64,000 nt of DNA from Ruminococcus sp. (GTDB lineage Bacteria; Bacillota; Clostridia; Oscillospirales; Ruminococcaceae), in contig JAZLGM010000089.1 in NCBI GenBank assembly GCA_045616285.1, forward strand, positions 2,914-66,913. The letters run 5' to 3'. Under the pieces are notes generated by a model, which saw only the letters and a program-made list of their open reading frames with translations, was not told the origin of the DNA and ran no database searches. The translations under genes and the position numbers were made by a program. How positions within the stretch are numbered: position 1 is the first letter of the stretch; each line of letters begins with the position of its first letter. Positions 27,911 through 38,855 of the stretch are shown one piece after another.

Positions 27911-29125
27911 ATGGATAATACAGTTTACTGGCTCTGGCTTACCATGATTTTTGGTGTCGGAAGCAATCGCCTGTGGGAGGCTGTAAAATTTTATGGTTCG
28001 CCTGAAATTGCCTGTGAGGATTTAAAAGGAGAATGCAGAATCAGTCTCAGTGACAGGGAAAAGAATAATATCCTAAGTACACCTCTGCAGAGAGCATTTG
28101 ATTTTCTGAGAGAATGTGAAAGCAAGAATATCTGTGTTACGGGATTTGATTCAGAGGATTATCCACAGGATCTGAAATTTATTTCTGATCCTCCTGCAGT
28201 GCTTTATTCTGTTGGAAATATCGGATGTCTCAATCGTTTTATGAACATAACGGCTGTCGGAACGAGAAAACCAAGAGAATATTCAATAATTGCTGCACGT
28301 AAGATATGCAGGGAACTTGCTGAAATAAATTTTGTTATTGTCAGCGGTTTTGCAATGGGTATAGACATTGCTGCACAGCTTTCAGCTGCCGAGATAAACT
28401 GTCCTACGGTAAGTGTTCTCGGATGCGGTGTTGATTATGATTATCCAAAGGAAAACATAAAATACAGAAATACAATAATACAGAGCGGAGGAGCAATTAT
28501 TTCGGAATATCCTCCCGGAACTCCTCCTAACAGAGGTAATTTTCCGAGAAGAAACAGAATTCTGTCAGGTGTTTCAAGAGCTGTAATAGTGTTTGAAGCA
28601 TCAGCAATAAGCGGTTCACTTATTACGGCTAATCTTGCAGCTGAACAGGGGAGAAATGTGTTTTGTCTGCCTCCTCAGAATATTTTTTCAAAGGAATATC
28701 AGGGAAATATAGCACTCCTTCGTGATGGGGCTTTGCCGCTTTACTGCTGTGAGGACGTAATTGAACAGGTTATTTCTCAGTATGACATAAGTGATTGCAT
28801 AGAGGGATATACTTATAGTGTCGGAGAAGATTCGTTAAAAATTAAATCGGATGCATCGGTTAAGAAGGAATCATTACCTGAGAAACAGATAGAAACAGAA
28901 ATAGAGAAAAAAACAGAGAAAACAGAGAATACCGAATTATTCAGCGAACTCACTGGTGTACAGCGTGATATTGCTGAATTACTTAGGGAACACAGTCTCC
29001 ATGCAGATATTATATCGCAGAAGCTTTCGCTGGATATGGGCGAACTTCTTATGGAACTTACGGAAATGGAAATGATGGGCGTAGTCTGTTCGCTTCCCGG
29101 AAAGATGTACGGACTTTGTCTGTAA
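27911..29125 (+). CDS. dprA: DNA-processing protein DprA
   Basis: DPPAVLY, VGTR, VSGFAMGID and FPRRNRI motifs. Confidence 0.95.
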   Translation: MDNTVYWLWLTMIFGVGSNRLWEAVKFYGSPEIACEDLKGECRISLSDREKNNILSTPLQRAFDFLRECESKNICVTGFDSEDYPQDLKFISDPPAVLYSVGNIGCLNRFMNITAVGTRKPREYSIIAARKICRELAEINFVIVSGFAMGIDIAAQLSAAEINCPTVSVLGCGVDYDYPKENIKYRNTIIQSGGAIISEYPPGTPPNRGNFPRRNRILSGVSRAVIVFEASAISGSLITANLAAEQGRNVFCLPPQNIFSKEYQGNIALLRDGALPLYCCEDVIEQVISQYDISDCIEGYTYSVGEDSLKIKSDASVKKESLPEKQIETEIEKKTEKTENTELFSELTGVQRDIAELLREHSLHADIISQKLSLDMGELLMELTEMEMMGVVCSLPGKMYGLCL

Positions 29126-29177
29126 TGGAACTTTTTGATACGGGTGTTCCGACATTGGGGAAAGGAGAAAGAATCAA

Positions 29178-31259
29178 ATGTCAAATTTAGTTATAGTTGA
29201 GTCGCCTGCAAAGGCTAAAACAATACAGAAATATCTCGGCAAGGGATTTGAAGTAATTGCATCAATGGGGCATATAAGAGACCTTCCGAAATCAAAAATG
29301 GGTGTTGATATCGAAAATGATTTCAAGCCTCAGTATATAGATATGAAGGGCAAGAGTGATGTAATTAAAGACCTCAAAAAACGTGCGAAGAAGTGCGATA
29401 AGGTTTATCTCGCAACCGACCCTGACCGAGAGGGAGAGGCTATATCATGGCATATAGCACAGATGCTTAAACTCGATATGAATGACGATAATCGTGTTGC
29501 ATTCAACGAGATTACAAAAACAGGTGTTCAGAACGGAATGAATAATCCGCATAAAATAGATGTTGACCTTGTAAATGCACAACAGGCAAGAAGAATTCTC
29601 GACAGAATTGTCGGCTATCAGCTTAGTCCGTTCCTCTGGAAAAAGGTAAAAAGAGGACTTTCTGCGGGACGTGTACAGACAGTTGCTGTGCGTCTTGTTG
29701 TTGACAGGGAAAATGAAATCAGAGAATTTGTCCCTAAGGAATACTGGTCGATAGATGCAAAATTTACTGCTCCGGGTTCAAGAAAGGTTTTCGATGCATC
29801 ACTTGTTTCAGTTGATGGTGAAAAGCTTGAAATCCCGAATCAGTCAAGTGCGGATAATCTCCTTAAAAGGCTTGAAAATGCTGAATATACAGTTACATCT
29901 GTAAAGAAGAAAATCACAAAGAAACAGCCTTCACCTCCGTTTATTACCTCAACAATGCAGCAGGAAGCTTCAAAGAAACTCGGTTTCAGCGCAAAGCGAA
30001 CAATGAAAGCTGCACAGGAGCTTTATGAAGGTGTTGATATTGAAGGAATAGGCGCAGTAGGTCTTATCACATATATGAGAACAGACAGCCTTCGTATTTC
30101 GGATGAAGCAAAAGCTGCTGCTGCACAGTATATCGAGGTTGTGTATGGAAAAAACTATCTTCCGGATAAACCAAGAAATTTCAAAACAAAGAATAACGCT
30201 CAGGATGCCCATGAGGCAATAAGACCTTCTACACCGGATCTTACACCGGAGAGAGTTAAGTCGAGTCTTACAACAGACCAGTACAAGCTCTATAAGCTTA
30301 TATGGGAGAGATTTATTGCAAGTCAGATGGCAAACGCACTTCTTGATACAGTGTCGGTTGATATTGATGCTAACGGATGTACTTTCAGAGCATCGGGATA
30401 TTCAGTAAAATTCGACGGGTTTACAGTTCTTTATGTTGAAACCTCCGATAACGCCGAGGAGAACAAAAAGATGCTCCCCGAACTTAAAGAGCAGGATAAA
30501 CTTAAACTGAAATCAATAGACGGAAATCAGCATTTTACACAGCCGCCTCCGAGATTTACAGAAGCTTCACTTATTAAGGCTCTTGAAGAAAACGGTATAG
30601 GCAGACCAAGTACTTATGCTCCTACAATTACAACAATTTCAAACCGCCGATATGTGGAGCATGAGGGGAAACAGCTTAAACCTACAAATCTTGGTGAGGT
30701 CATTACAGAACTCATGAAAAATCATTTCAGAAATATCGTTGATGCGAAGTTTACTGCTGATATGGAAAATAAGCTTGATGAGGTTGAACACGGTACGAAA
30801 AACTGGGTTGAAACACTTCATGAATTCTATGACGACTTCTCATCTACTCTTACAAAAGCTGAGGAAGCTATGGAGGGTATGAAGGTTAAGGTTCCTGATG
30901 AGGAAACAGATGTCGTTTGCGAACTCTGCGGAAAAAACATGGTAATTAAATTCGGAAGATTCGGAAAATTCCTTGCTTGTCCGGGATTCCCTGAGTGTTC
31001 AAATACCAAAAAGATTGTAACAGAAACCGAAGGAAGTTGTCCGAGATGCGGAAAGAAAATGCTTCTTAAAAAATCAAAGAGGGGCAGAAGTTTTTACGGA
31101 TGTGAGGGATATCCTGATTGTAATTTCATGACATGGAATGTGCCAACATCTGAAAAATGTCCTAATTGCGGAAGAACACTCTTCACAAAGGGTGGAAAAT
31201 CAGGAAAACTCGTATGTGAAGAAGAAAGCTGCGGATATGAAAGAGAGCTGAAAAAATGA
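29178..31259 (+). CDS. topA: DNA topoisomerase I
   Basis: LVIVESPAKAK, DPDREGE, SAGRVQ, ITYMRTD and C4 zinc ribbons. Confidence 0.98.
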   Translation: MSNLVIVESPAKAKTIQKYLGKGFEVIASMGHIRDLPKSKMGVDIENDFKPQYIDMKGKSDVIKDLKKRAKKCDKVYLATDPDREGEAISWHIAQMLKLDMNDDNRVAFNEITKTGVQNGMNNPHKIDVDLVNAQQARRILDRIVGYQLSPFLWKKVKRGLSAGRVQTVAVRLVVDRENEIREFVPKEYWSIDAKFTAPGSRKVFDASLVSVDGEKLEIPNQSSADNLLKRLENAEYTVTSVKKKITKKQPSPPFITSTMQQEASKKLGFSAKRTMKAAQELYEGVDIEGIGAVGLITYMRTDSLRISDEAKAAAAQYIEVVYGKNYLPDKPRNFKTKNNAQDAHEAIRPSTPDLTPERVKSSLTTDQYKLYKLIWERFIASQMANALLDTVSVDIDANGCTFRASGYSVKFDGFTVLYVETSDNAEENKKMLPELKEQDKLKLKSIDGNQHFTQPPPRFTEASLIKALEENGIGRPSTYAPTITTISNRRYVEHEGKQLKPTNLGEVITELMKNHFRNIVDAKFTADMENKLDEVEHGTKNWVETLHEFYDDFSSTLTKAEEAMEGMKVKVPDEETDVVCELCGKNMVIKFGRFGKFLACPGFPECSNTKKIVTETEGSCPRCGKKMLLKKSKRGRSFYGCEGYPDCNFMTWNVPTSEKCPNCGRTLFTKGGKSGKLVCEEESCGYERELKK

Positions 31260-32581
31260 CAGTAAACGTAATCGGTGCGGGACTTGCAGGCTGTGAAGCT
31301 GCATGGAGTCTTGCATCTTATGGAATTAAGGTTAAGCTTTATGAGATGAAGCCTGAGAAATATTCTCCTGCTCACAAATACAGCGGATTTGCAGAGTTGG
31401 TTTGTTCAAATTCACTTAAAGCTGCAAGACTTGAATCAGCAGCGGGACTTCTGAAAGCAGAAATGGAAATGCTTGGTTCTCTTACAGTACCATGTGCGAA
31501 GGAAAACTCGGTTGAGGCAGGAGGCGCATTAGCTGTAAACCGAGAGAAATTCTCAGACAGCGTTACTCAGAAAATCAAGGAAAATGAATATATTGAAGTT
31601 GTTTCAAAAGAGGTAACGGAACTCCCCGAAGGAAAGACAATAATCGCAACAGGTCCACTTACATCGGGAGCAATGGCTGAAAAGATAAGGGAACTCTGTG
31701 GCGAGGGACTTAGTTTTTATGACGCTGCCGCACCTATTGTCACATTTGAAAGTCTTGATAAGGAAAAGGTATTCTTTGCATCAAGATATGACAGGGGGGA
31801 AGCAGATTATATAAATTGTCCTATGGACAAAGAGGAGTATACAGCGTTCTATCGTGAGCTTGTCAAAGCTGAAAAGGTACAGTTAAAGGATTTTGAAACT
31901 CATCCTTTCAGCGTATATGAGGGATGTATGCCTATTGAAGTTCTTGCATCAAGGGGCGAGGATACAATGCGTTTCGGCCCTATGAAGCCTGTGGGAATCA
32001 CCGATAAGAGAACAGGAAAACGTCCATACGCTGTTGTACAGTTAAGACGTGAAAACCGTGAGGGTACAATGTTTAATCTTGTGGGATTTCAGACAAATCT
32101 TAAATTTGGTGAACAGAAAAGAGTATTCTCAATGATACCGGGACTTGAAAACGCTGAATTTATACGATACGGAGTAATGCACAGAAACACATTCATCAAC
32201 AGCCCTGTTCTTCTCAATTCTGATTTTTCGATGAGAAATAATCCTGATATTTATTTTGCAGGACAGATTACAGGTGTTGAGGGATATATGGAGTCAGCGG
32301 CAAGCGGAATAATTGCAGGTACTGCACTTGCACGAAAAATACTCGGACTTGAACCTGTTAAACTCCCGTCGGATACAATGCTTGGTGCATTGTCAAACTA
32401 TATAAGTGACACGTATAATGACGGGAAATTCCAGCCTATGGGGGCAAATATGGGAATACTTCCCGATATCGGAGTAAGAATAAAGGATAAGAAGGAAAAA
32501 TACGGTGTTTATGCAAACAGAGCCGTTGAATCTTTGAAAAAAGAATTGGAAAGGGCAGAATATGTCAAAAATAATAGTTGA
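31256..32581 (+). CDS. trmFO: Methylenetetrahydrofolate--tRNA-(uracil-5-)-methyltransferase
   Basis: GAGLAGCEAA, ELVCSNSL and GQITGVEGY motifs. Confidence 0.97.
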   Translation: MTVNVIGAGLAGCEAAWSLASYGIKVKLYEMKPEKYSPAHKYSGFAELVCSNSLKAARLESAAGLLKAEMEMLGSLTVPCAKENSVEAGGALAVNREKFSDSVTQKIKENEYIEVVSKEVTELPEGKTIIATGPLTSGAMAEKIRELCGEGLSFYDAAAPIVTFESLDKEKVFFASRYDRGEADYINCPMDKEEYTAFYRELVKAEKVQLKDFETHPFSVYEGCMPIEVLASRGEDTMRFGPMKPVGITDKRTGKRPYAVVQLRRENREGTMFNLVGFQTNLKFGEQKRVFSMIPGLENAEFIRYGVMHRNTFINSPVLLNSDFSMRNNPDIYFAGQITGVEGYMESAASGIIAGTALARKILGLEPVKLPSDTMLGALSNYISDTYNDGKFQPMGANMGILPDIGVRIKDKKEKYGVYANRAVESLKKELERAEYVKNNS

Positions 32582-33563
32582 TGCATTTGGCGGAGACCAT
32601 GCACCGCTTGAAGTTCTCAAAGGCTGTGAAAGAGCAGTTAAAGAACTCGGAACTGAAATTTTACTCACAGGAAATGAAGAAAAAATAAAGAAATGTGCTG
32701 AAGAAAACAGAATCAGTCTTGAAAAAATAGAAATCGCACATACAGACGAGGTTTTTGACATACATGAGGAACCCGGTGAAATAATAAAATCGGGAAAAAA
32801 TACCTCTATGGCACTCGGATTGCAGCTTCTTGCAGATGATAAGGGAGATGCTTTCGTATCGGCAGGAAGTACAGGTGCATTGGTAATGGGTGCGACTTTC
32901 ATAGTAAAACGTATCAAGGGAATAAAAAGAATTGCACCTTCCCCTGTTTTACCTGCTGACAAAGGAAGCTTTATTCTTCTTGATGCAGGTGCGAACACAG
33001 AATGCCGTCCTGAAATGCTTGTTCAGTTTGCAATTATGGGAAGCGCATACATGGAAAAGGTTATGGGAATAAAAAATCCGAAAGTCGGACTTCTCAATAT
33101 CGGTGCAGAGGAAACAAAGGGAAGAGAGCTTGAAATTGAAGCAAACAAGCTTTTGCAGAATTCAGGACTTAATTTTATTGGAAACATTGAGGCAAGAGAT
33201 TTGCCGAAGGGTGAATGTCATGTAGTTGTAACCGACGGATTCACAGGAAATATTGCACTCAAGCTTTACGAGGGTATGGGTTCATTTTTTGCAAAGAAGC
33301 TTAAATGGATTTTCTCGGGAGCAGGAACATTGGGAGCAATGTTCTCAATCGGCAAAATAAAGCAGTTCAAAAAGCAGATGGATTATAAGGAAGTCGGCGG
33401 CTCGGCACTTCTCGGAGTTAAGAAGCCTGTAATCAAGGCACACGGAAGTTCTGACGGAACCGCATTTTTCAACGCTGTAAGACAGGCTGAGAAATGTGTC
33501 AGCGGAAACATGACACAGGCAATTGCCGATTATACAGCTGAGATTTCAAAGAAAAATTCATAA
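32562..33563 (+). CDS. plsX: Phosphate acyltransferase
   Basis: DAFGGDHAP, LDAGAN, DGFTGNIALK and KAHGSS motifs. Confidence 0.96.
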   Translation: MSKIIVDAFGGDHAPLEVLKGCERAVKELGTEILLTGNEEKIKKCAEENRISLEKIEIAHTDEVFDIHEEPGEIIKSGKNTSMALGLQLLADDKGDAFVSAGSTGALVMGATFIVKRIKGIKRIAPSPVLPADKGSFILLDAGANTECRPEMLVQFAIMGSAYMEKVMGIKNPKVGLLNIGAEETKGRELEIEANKLLQNSGLNFIGNIEARDLPKGECHVVVTDGFTGNIALKLYEGMGSFFAKKLKWIFSGAGTLGAMFSIGKIKQFKKQMDYKEVGGSALLGVKKPVIKAHGSSDGTAFFNAVRQAEKCVSGNMTQAIADYTAEISKKNS

Positions 33564-33585
33564 TTCCTATGAATGGGAGAAAGAA

Positions 33586-34284
33586 ATGGATATTGAACTT
33601 ATTGAAAAATTTGAAAAAGAAATAGATTATCAGTTCAGAAATAAAAGTCTTATATATCAGGCACTTTCACATTCTTCATTCGCAAATGAAAGAAAAAATA
33701 CAGGTGGAAGCAATGAAAGGCTTGAATTCCTCGGTGACAGCGTTCTTTCAATCGTTGTATCAGAGTATCTTTTCACCCACCTCAGAGATAATCAGGAGGG
33801 TGATCTCACTAAGTTGAGAGCCGCACTTGTATGTGAAAAATCACTTCACAGATTTGCACAGAAAATACATCTCGGAGAGTATATTCTTCTCGGAAAAGGT
33901 GAGGAAAATACAGGAGGAAGAGAACGTCCTTCTATTCTTGCAGACGCTTTTGAGGCAGTAATTGCGGCTATTTTCCTCGACGGAGGAATGGAATATGCAA
34001 AGCGTCATGTACTGAAATTCATTCCTAATAATCTCGGAGATGTTACTAAATTCGTATTTACGGATTTCAAGACAGCATTACAGGAGATTGTACAGAAGAA
34101 TCCCGAAGAAAAGGTTGAATATGTCCTTATAGGTGAGGAAGGTCCCGACCATAACAAGATATTTGTAGTTGAAGTATGTCTAAACTCACAGGTTATCGGC
34201 AAGGGAAGGGGAAAGAGCAAAAAGGAAGCTGAACAGCTTGCAGCAAAAGAGGCTCTGGAGCTTATGGGATATGAAACATTCTAA
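33586..34284 (+). CDS. rnc: Ribonuclease III
   Basis: NERLEFLGDSVL signature and dsRBD. Confidence 0.97.
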   Translation: MDIELIEKFEKEIDYQFRNKSLIYQALSHSSFANERKNTGGSNERLEFLGDSVLSIVVSEYLFTHLRDNQEGDLTKLRAALVCEKSLHRFAQKIHLGEYILLGKGEENTGGRERPSILADAFEAVIAAIFLDGGMEYAKRHVLKFIPNNLGDVTKFVFTDFKTALQEIVQKNPEEKVEYVLIGEEGPDHNKIFVVEVCLNSQVIGKGRGKSKKEAEQLAAKEALELMGYETF

Positions 34285-35266
34285 TATTTCGATTTTTATT
34301 CCTCACATGGGCTGTCCTCATACCTGCAGTTTCTGCAATCAGAGAACAATCAGCGGCGCACAGCATGTTCCGACGGGAGAGGAAGTTCGTGAGATATGCG
34401 AAAAGGCACTCAGCGAAATAAAGTCCCCCGAAAATACGGAAATAGCATTTTTCGGCGGCAGTTTTACAGCAATTCCACGTGAATATATGTGCGAACTGCT
34501 TGATGCCGCAAAGGGTTTTATCGGTGACGGGAAATTCAGAGGAATCCGAATTTCCACACGTCCCGATTGTATTGATTTTGAAGTTCTCGGAATTCTTAAA
34601 GCATATGGAGTTACTGCAATTGAACTTGGAGCGCAGTCAATGAGCGATAAGGTTCTTGAACTCAATGAGCGTGGGCATTCTTCGGAGGATGTTGTCAATG
34701 CTTCTGAATTAATAAGAGCATTCGGTTTTGAACTGGGTTTGCAGATGATGGTTGGTCTTTACGGAAGTACGGAACAGGATGAAAAGCTGACAATGGAACG
34801 AATTTCGGCAATTATGCCCGATACTGTGAGGATATACCCTGTTGTTGTTCTGAGAGGAACGAAACTCGGTGAACTGATTGAAACAGGGGAATATGTGCCG
34901 TTCAGATTTGAAAAGGCTGTTGAAATGTCAGCGGCGGCAATGATTCTCTTTGAAGGAAACGGAATAAGAGTAATAAAATGCGGACTTCATGCAAGTGAAT
35001 TTGTCGAAAGGGATATGGTTGGAGGATTCTATCACCCTGCGTTCAGAGAACTTTGTGAAGGTCTGATTTACAGATATAATATTCAGTTCTGCATAGGTGG
35101 CAGAGGAGAGGGTAAGTATGTGATTGCTGTATCTCCTTCGTGTATCAGCAGGGCTATGGGACATAAAAAGTCAAATTATAACTATTTCTCGCAGAAGGGT
35201 ATTGAAATCAAAGTTATCGGAGATGAAAGCATACCAAAATATCAATGCGAACTGAGAGGTGAATAA
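34271..35266 (+). CDS. Radical SAM protein (Elp3/YhcC-like)
   Basis: CPHTCSFC, FFGGSFT, STRPD and IELGAQS motifs; conserved rnc-to-smc position in Clostridia. Confidence 0.85.
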   Translation: MKHSNISIFIPHMGCPHTCSFCNQRTISGAQHVPTGEEVREICEKALSEIKSPENTEIAFFGGSFTAIPREYMCELLDAAKGFIGDGKFRGIRISTRPDCIDFEVLGILKAYGVTAIELGAQSMSDKVLELNERGHSSEDVVNASELIRAFGFELGLQMMVGLYGSTEQDEKLTMERISAIMPDTVRIYPVVVLRGTKLGELIETGEYVPFRFEKAVEMSAAAMILFEGNGIRVIKCGLHASEFVERDMVGGFYHPAFRELCEGLIYRYNIQFCIGGRGEGKYVIAVSPSCISRAMGHKKSNYNYFSQKGIEIKVIGDESIPKYQCELRGE

Positions 35267-38200
35267 ATGTACCTTAAATCACTTGAGATACAGGGATTCA
35301 AGTCGTTTCCCGACAAGATAAGCCTTACATTTGACAAGGGACTTACAGCTGTTGTAGGACCGAACGGCAGCGGAAAGAGTAATATCGGTGATTCAGTCCG
35401 CTGGGTTCTCGGAGAGCAGTCAACCAAAACTCTCAGAGGAAATAAGATGGAGGACGTTATTTTTTCCGGTACTGTTGCGAGAAAGCCTATGGGTTTTGCC
35501 GCAGTTACGCTGAATATTGACAATACCGACAGGACATTGAGCGATTATGAGGATGAGGTTGCTGTTACAAGAAAACTTTACAGAAGCGGTGACAGCGAAT
35601 ATATGATAAACGGAAAAAATGTCCGTCTTAAAGATATAAATGAGCTTTTCATGGATACAGGTCTCGGACGTGACGGATATTCTATTATCGGACAGGGAAG
35701 AATCGCTGAAATCGTTGGAGCAAAAAGCAATGAGCGTCGTGATATATTTGAAGAAGCGGCGGGAATTTCAAAATTCCGATATAAAAAGCTTGAAGCGGAA
35801 AGAAAACTATCAGCGGCGCAGGAAAATCTTGTCAGACTTACAGATATTATATCCGAACTTGAAGACAGAGTCGGACCGCTGAAAACTCAGGCACAGAAGG
35901 CAGAGAAATTCATAAAGCTTGCTGAGGAAAGAAAGAAACTTGAAATATCAGTATGGATTAACAGACTTGATGAACTGAAAAATTCACAGGAACAGCTTGA
36001 TTCAAAAATTCTTTCAGGACAGAGTGAATATGAGAATACGGAAAACGATATTCAGAAACAGGAAGAAAAACTGCAGGACGGATTCAGAAAGATGCAGGAA
36101 TGCACAATCCGTTCAGATGAACTGCGAAAGAAAATGCTTGAGGAAGAACAGCTTTCATCAGATAAAAAGGCTGATATTGCTGTATTCCAGAATGATATAA
36201 AATACTGTGAAGACGCTGCTGAGAATGCAAGAAAATCTATTGAAGATTCAAAGAAAAATGAAAAGGATCTCGTCCAGCAGAGTAAGAATGCAGAAAAGAA
36301 ACTTGAAGAACTCAGAGATCTGAGAAAACAGCTTGAAAATGAAATTGACGAAGTAAACGGAAAGTTTGAAACGGCTGAGAAAGAAAACAGCATTCTCGGA
36401 GATAGTGTTGAAAAGGCAGGTAACGATATAAACGGGCTTTATATCCGTAAAAGTGAAATTACATTTGCCTGTGAATCAGCCAAAAAGACGATAAGTGAAG
36501 AAAATTCAAGACTTGAGGAACTCAGGGAAAACAGCAGTGATACCGAAAGGGCACTTGAAGGATACAGGAATAAAAAGGAAGAGAATCTGAAACTCTCAGA
36601 GAGGAATAAGTCCATTCAGGAGGAACTTAAAAATAAACTCATCGGACTTGAGAGACTTTATACTTCAAGAAAGAATGGTTTTGAACAGGCAAAGGCTGAT
36701 TTTGAGAATGTACTTTTTCAACTTAAAGAAAAACAGCAGAGAAGAAAGATTCTCAGCGACCTTGAAAACAATATGGAGGGCTTTGCAGGAAGCGTAAAGC
36801 AGATTCTAAAAGCCTCAAAACAAGGAAGAATCAGCGGAATTTTTGGTACCGTTGCTCAGAATATAAGTGTAGAACCACAGTATGCGGTTGCAATTGAAAC
36901 TGCACTTGGCGGTGCAATGCAGAATGTCATCGTTGAAAACGAGGATACAGCCAAAAGATGTATTCGTTTTCTGAAAGAGCAAAAGGGCGGAAGAGCAACG
37001 TTTCTTCCGATAACCTCGGTAAGCGGAAGGGAACTTAGTGAAAGAGGGCTTGAAAGCTGTGAGGGATTTATTGCGCCTGCTGACAGGATAATCGGATTTG
37101 ATGAAAAATTCAGCGGTATTTTTTCATCACTTCTCGGAAGGACAGTTGTTGCGGAGGATATTGATACAGGTACTCTTATAGCAAAAAAATACGGATACAG
37201 ATTCCGTATCGTAACACTTGACGGACAGATAATCAATGCGGGTGGTTCATTTACGGGAGGCTCGGCTCAGAAGTCCGGCGGAATAATCACACGTAAAAAT
37301 GAAATTGAAAAGCTTGATGCAGAGATTCAGAAAATAACAGCGGAGCGTGATGCGTTCAGTTCAAAGGCAGATAAACTCAGGGCAGAGTCCGACAAGCTGA
37401 GATATGATATCGAAGCTGCAAAGTCGGAGAAAACTGATTGTGAAAATGAACTTGTAAGGCTTGGTGCTGAACTTTCAAGTCTGGATTCACTTGTTGAACA
37501 GATTTGTTCACAGTCGGAGAATTCAGAAAGACTTGTTACTGAATCAGAAAAGAAAATACTTAATGCCGAAAAAATCATCGAAGATTCTGAAAATGCATTG
37601 GCTGAACTTGAAAGCAGAATTGCAGAAGCTGAAAACAGTCTTGCAAAAGGACAGAATGACAGAGAGAAACTTCGTATCGAAAGAGCTGAACTCTCAGAGA
37701 AACTGTCTCAGCTTAAAATCAGGGACATGGAGCTTGTAAAAGATATTCAGGCACAGGAACTTGAAATTGAACGCAGTATCGAAAGTATCGAAAGCATAAG
37801 AAACGGTGGTAAACAGTATACTGATGAGATAAAGCGACAGGAACAGCTTATTATTGCTAAAAAAAGTGAAATTGAGAGAATTCAGAAAGAACTTGAGGGA
37901 ATGAAATCTCATACAGATGAATATATTTCACAGATTAACCGTTTCCAGCAGATGCACACAGAGCAGAATCGACTTGTTAACGAAATAAGAAGCGGACTCA
38001 AACAGCTTAATGATGCAAAGGAAAGGCTTTCCGGTGAAATTACACGACTTGAAGAAAGGCGTGAGACTGTATGCCGTGACAGCGATAATATTATAAAACA
38101 GCTTCTTGAAGTATATGAAATGACACGTTCAGAAGCTGCGGCAATTGCAGAGAAGCTTGATGATTTACAGGCGGCACAGCGGGAACTCAGAGAAATTAAG

Positions 38201-38839
38201 GCTAAAATAACGTCTCTTGGCAATGTAAATGTAGGAGCAATTGAGGAGTATCGTGAAGTTTCAGAGCGATATGAATTCATGTCGGCACAGATGAAGGATA
38301 TTCAAAAATCAAAATCTGAGCTTGAAAAGATAATTGCCGGACTTACTGAGGAAATGTGCAGAATTTTCTCTGAAAGCTTTGCAGTAATCAATTCAAATTT
38401 CAAAAGTATATTTACAGAGCTTTTCGGAGGCGGAAAGGCAGAACTTATACTTACAGATCCGGAAAATATACTTGAATCGGGAATTGAGATAAGTGTTGCG
38501 CCTCCCGGAAAGGTAATCAAGAACCTTATTTCTCTGTCGGGAGGAGAACAGTCATTCGTGGCGATTGCGATTTATTTTGCAATTCTCAAGCTGCGCCCTG
38601 CACCTTTTTGTATTCTCGATGAGATAGATGCGGCACTTGATGAGGTAAATGTAAGAAAATATGCACAGTATCTGAAAAACTTTACAGATACAACACAGTT
38701 TGTGCTTGTAACCCACAGAAGAAGTGCAATGGAAGAAGCTAATGTTCTCTATGGTGTAACCATGCAGGAGGACGGAATTTCCAAACTGCTTAAAATGGAG
38801 CAGGTGGATTTTCAGGAAGATGTAGCTGACATACAGTAA
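35267..38839 (+). CDS. smc: Chromosome segregation protein SMC
   Basis: GPNGSGKSN, hinge GRATFLP, LSGGE and LDEIDAALD motifs. Confidence 0.98.
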   Translation: MYLKSLEIQGFKSFPDKISLTFDKGLTAVVGPNGSGKSNIGDSVRWVLGEQSTKTLRGNKMEDVIFSGTVARKPMGFAAVTLNIDNTDRTLSDYEDEVAVTRKLYRSGDSEYMINGKNVRLKDINELFMDTGLGRDGYSIIGQGRIAEIVGAKSNERRDIFEEAAGISKFRYKKLEAERKLSAAQENLVRLTDIISELEDRVGPLKTQAQKAEKFIKLAEERKKLEISVWINRLDELKNSQEQLDSKILSGQSEYENTENDIQKQEEKLQDGFRKMQECTIRSDELRKKMLEEEQLSSDKKADIAVFQNDIKYCEDAAENARKSIEDSKKNEKDLVQQSKNAEKKLEELRDLRKQLENEIDEVNGKFETAEKENSILGDSVEKAGNDINGLYIRKSEITFACESAKKTISEENSRLEELRENSSDTERALEGYRNKKEENLKLSERNKSIQEELKNKLIGLERLYTSRKNGFEQAKADFENVLFQLKEKQQRRKILSDLENNMEGFAGSVKQILKASKQGRISGIFGTVAQNISVEPQYAVAIETALGGAMQNVIVENEDTAKRCIRFLKEQKGGRATFLPITSVSGRELSERGLESCEGFIAPADRIIGFDEKFSGIFSSLLGRTVVAEDIDTGTLIAKKYGYRFRIVTLDGQIINAGGSFTGGSAQKSGGIITRKNEIEKLDAEIQKITAERDAFSSKADKLRAESDKLRYDIEAAKSEKTDCENELVRLGAELSSLDSLVEQICSQSENSERLVTESEKKILNAEKIIEDSENALAELESRIAEAENSLAKGQNDREKLRIERAELSEKLSQLKIRDMELVKDIQAQELEIERSIESIESIRNGGKQYTDEIKRQEQLIIAKKSEIERIQKELEGMKSHTDEYISQINRFQQMHTEQNRLVNEIRSGLKQLNDAKERLSGEITRLEERRETVCRDSDNIIKQLLEVYEMTRSEAAAIAEKLDDLQAAQRELREIKAKITSLGNVNVGAIEEYREVSERYEFMSAQMKDIQKSKSELEKIIAGLTEEMCRIFSESFAVINSNFKSIFTELFGGGKAELILTDPENILESGIEISVAPPGKVIKNLISLSGGEQSFVAIAIYFAILKLRPAPFCILDEIDAALDEVNVRKYAQYLKNFTDTTQFVLVTHRRSAMEEANVLYGVTMQEDGISKLLKMEQVDFQEDVADIQ

Positions 38840-38855
38840 ATAGCGGGAGGTTAAA

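Noticed and set aside
34271-35266. Radical SAM gene as the PFL activase
   Set aside because: Its motifs and rnc-smc context fit the Elp3/YhcC-like family, not glycyl-radical activating enzymes.
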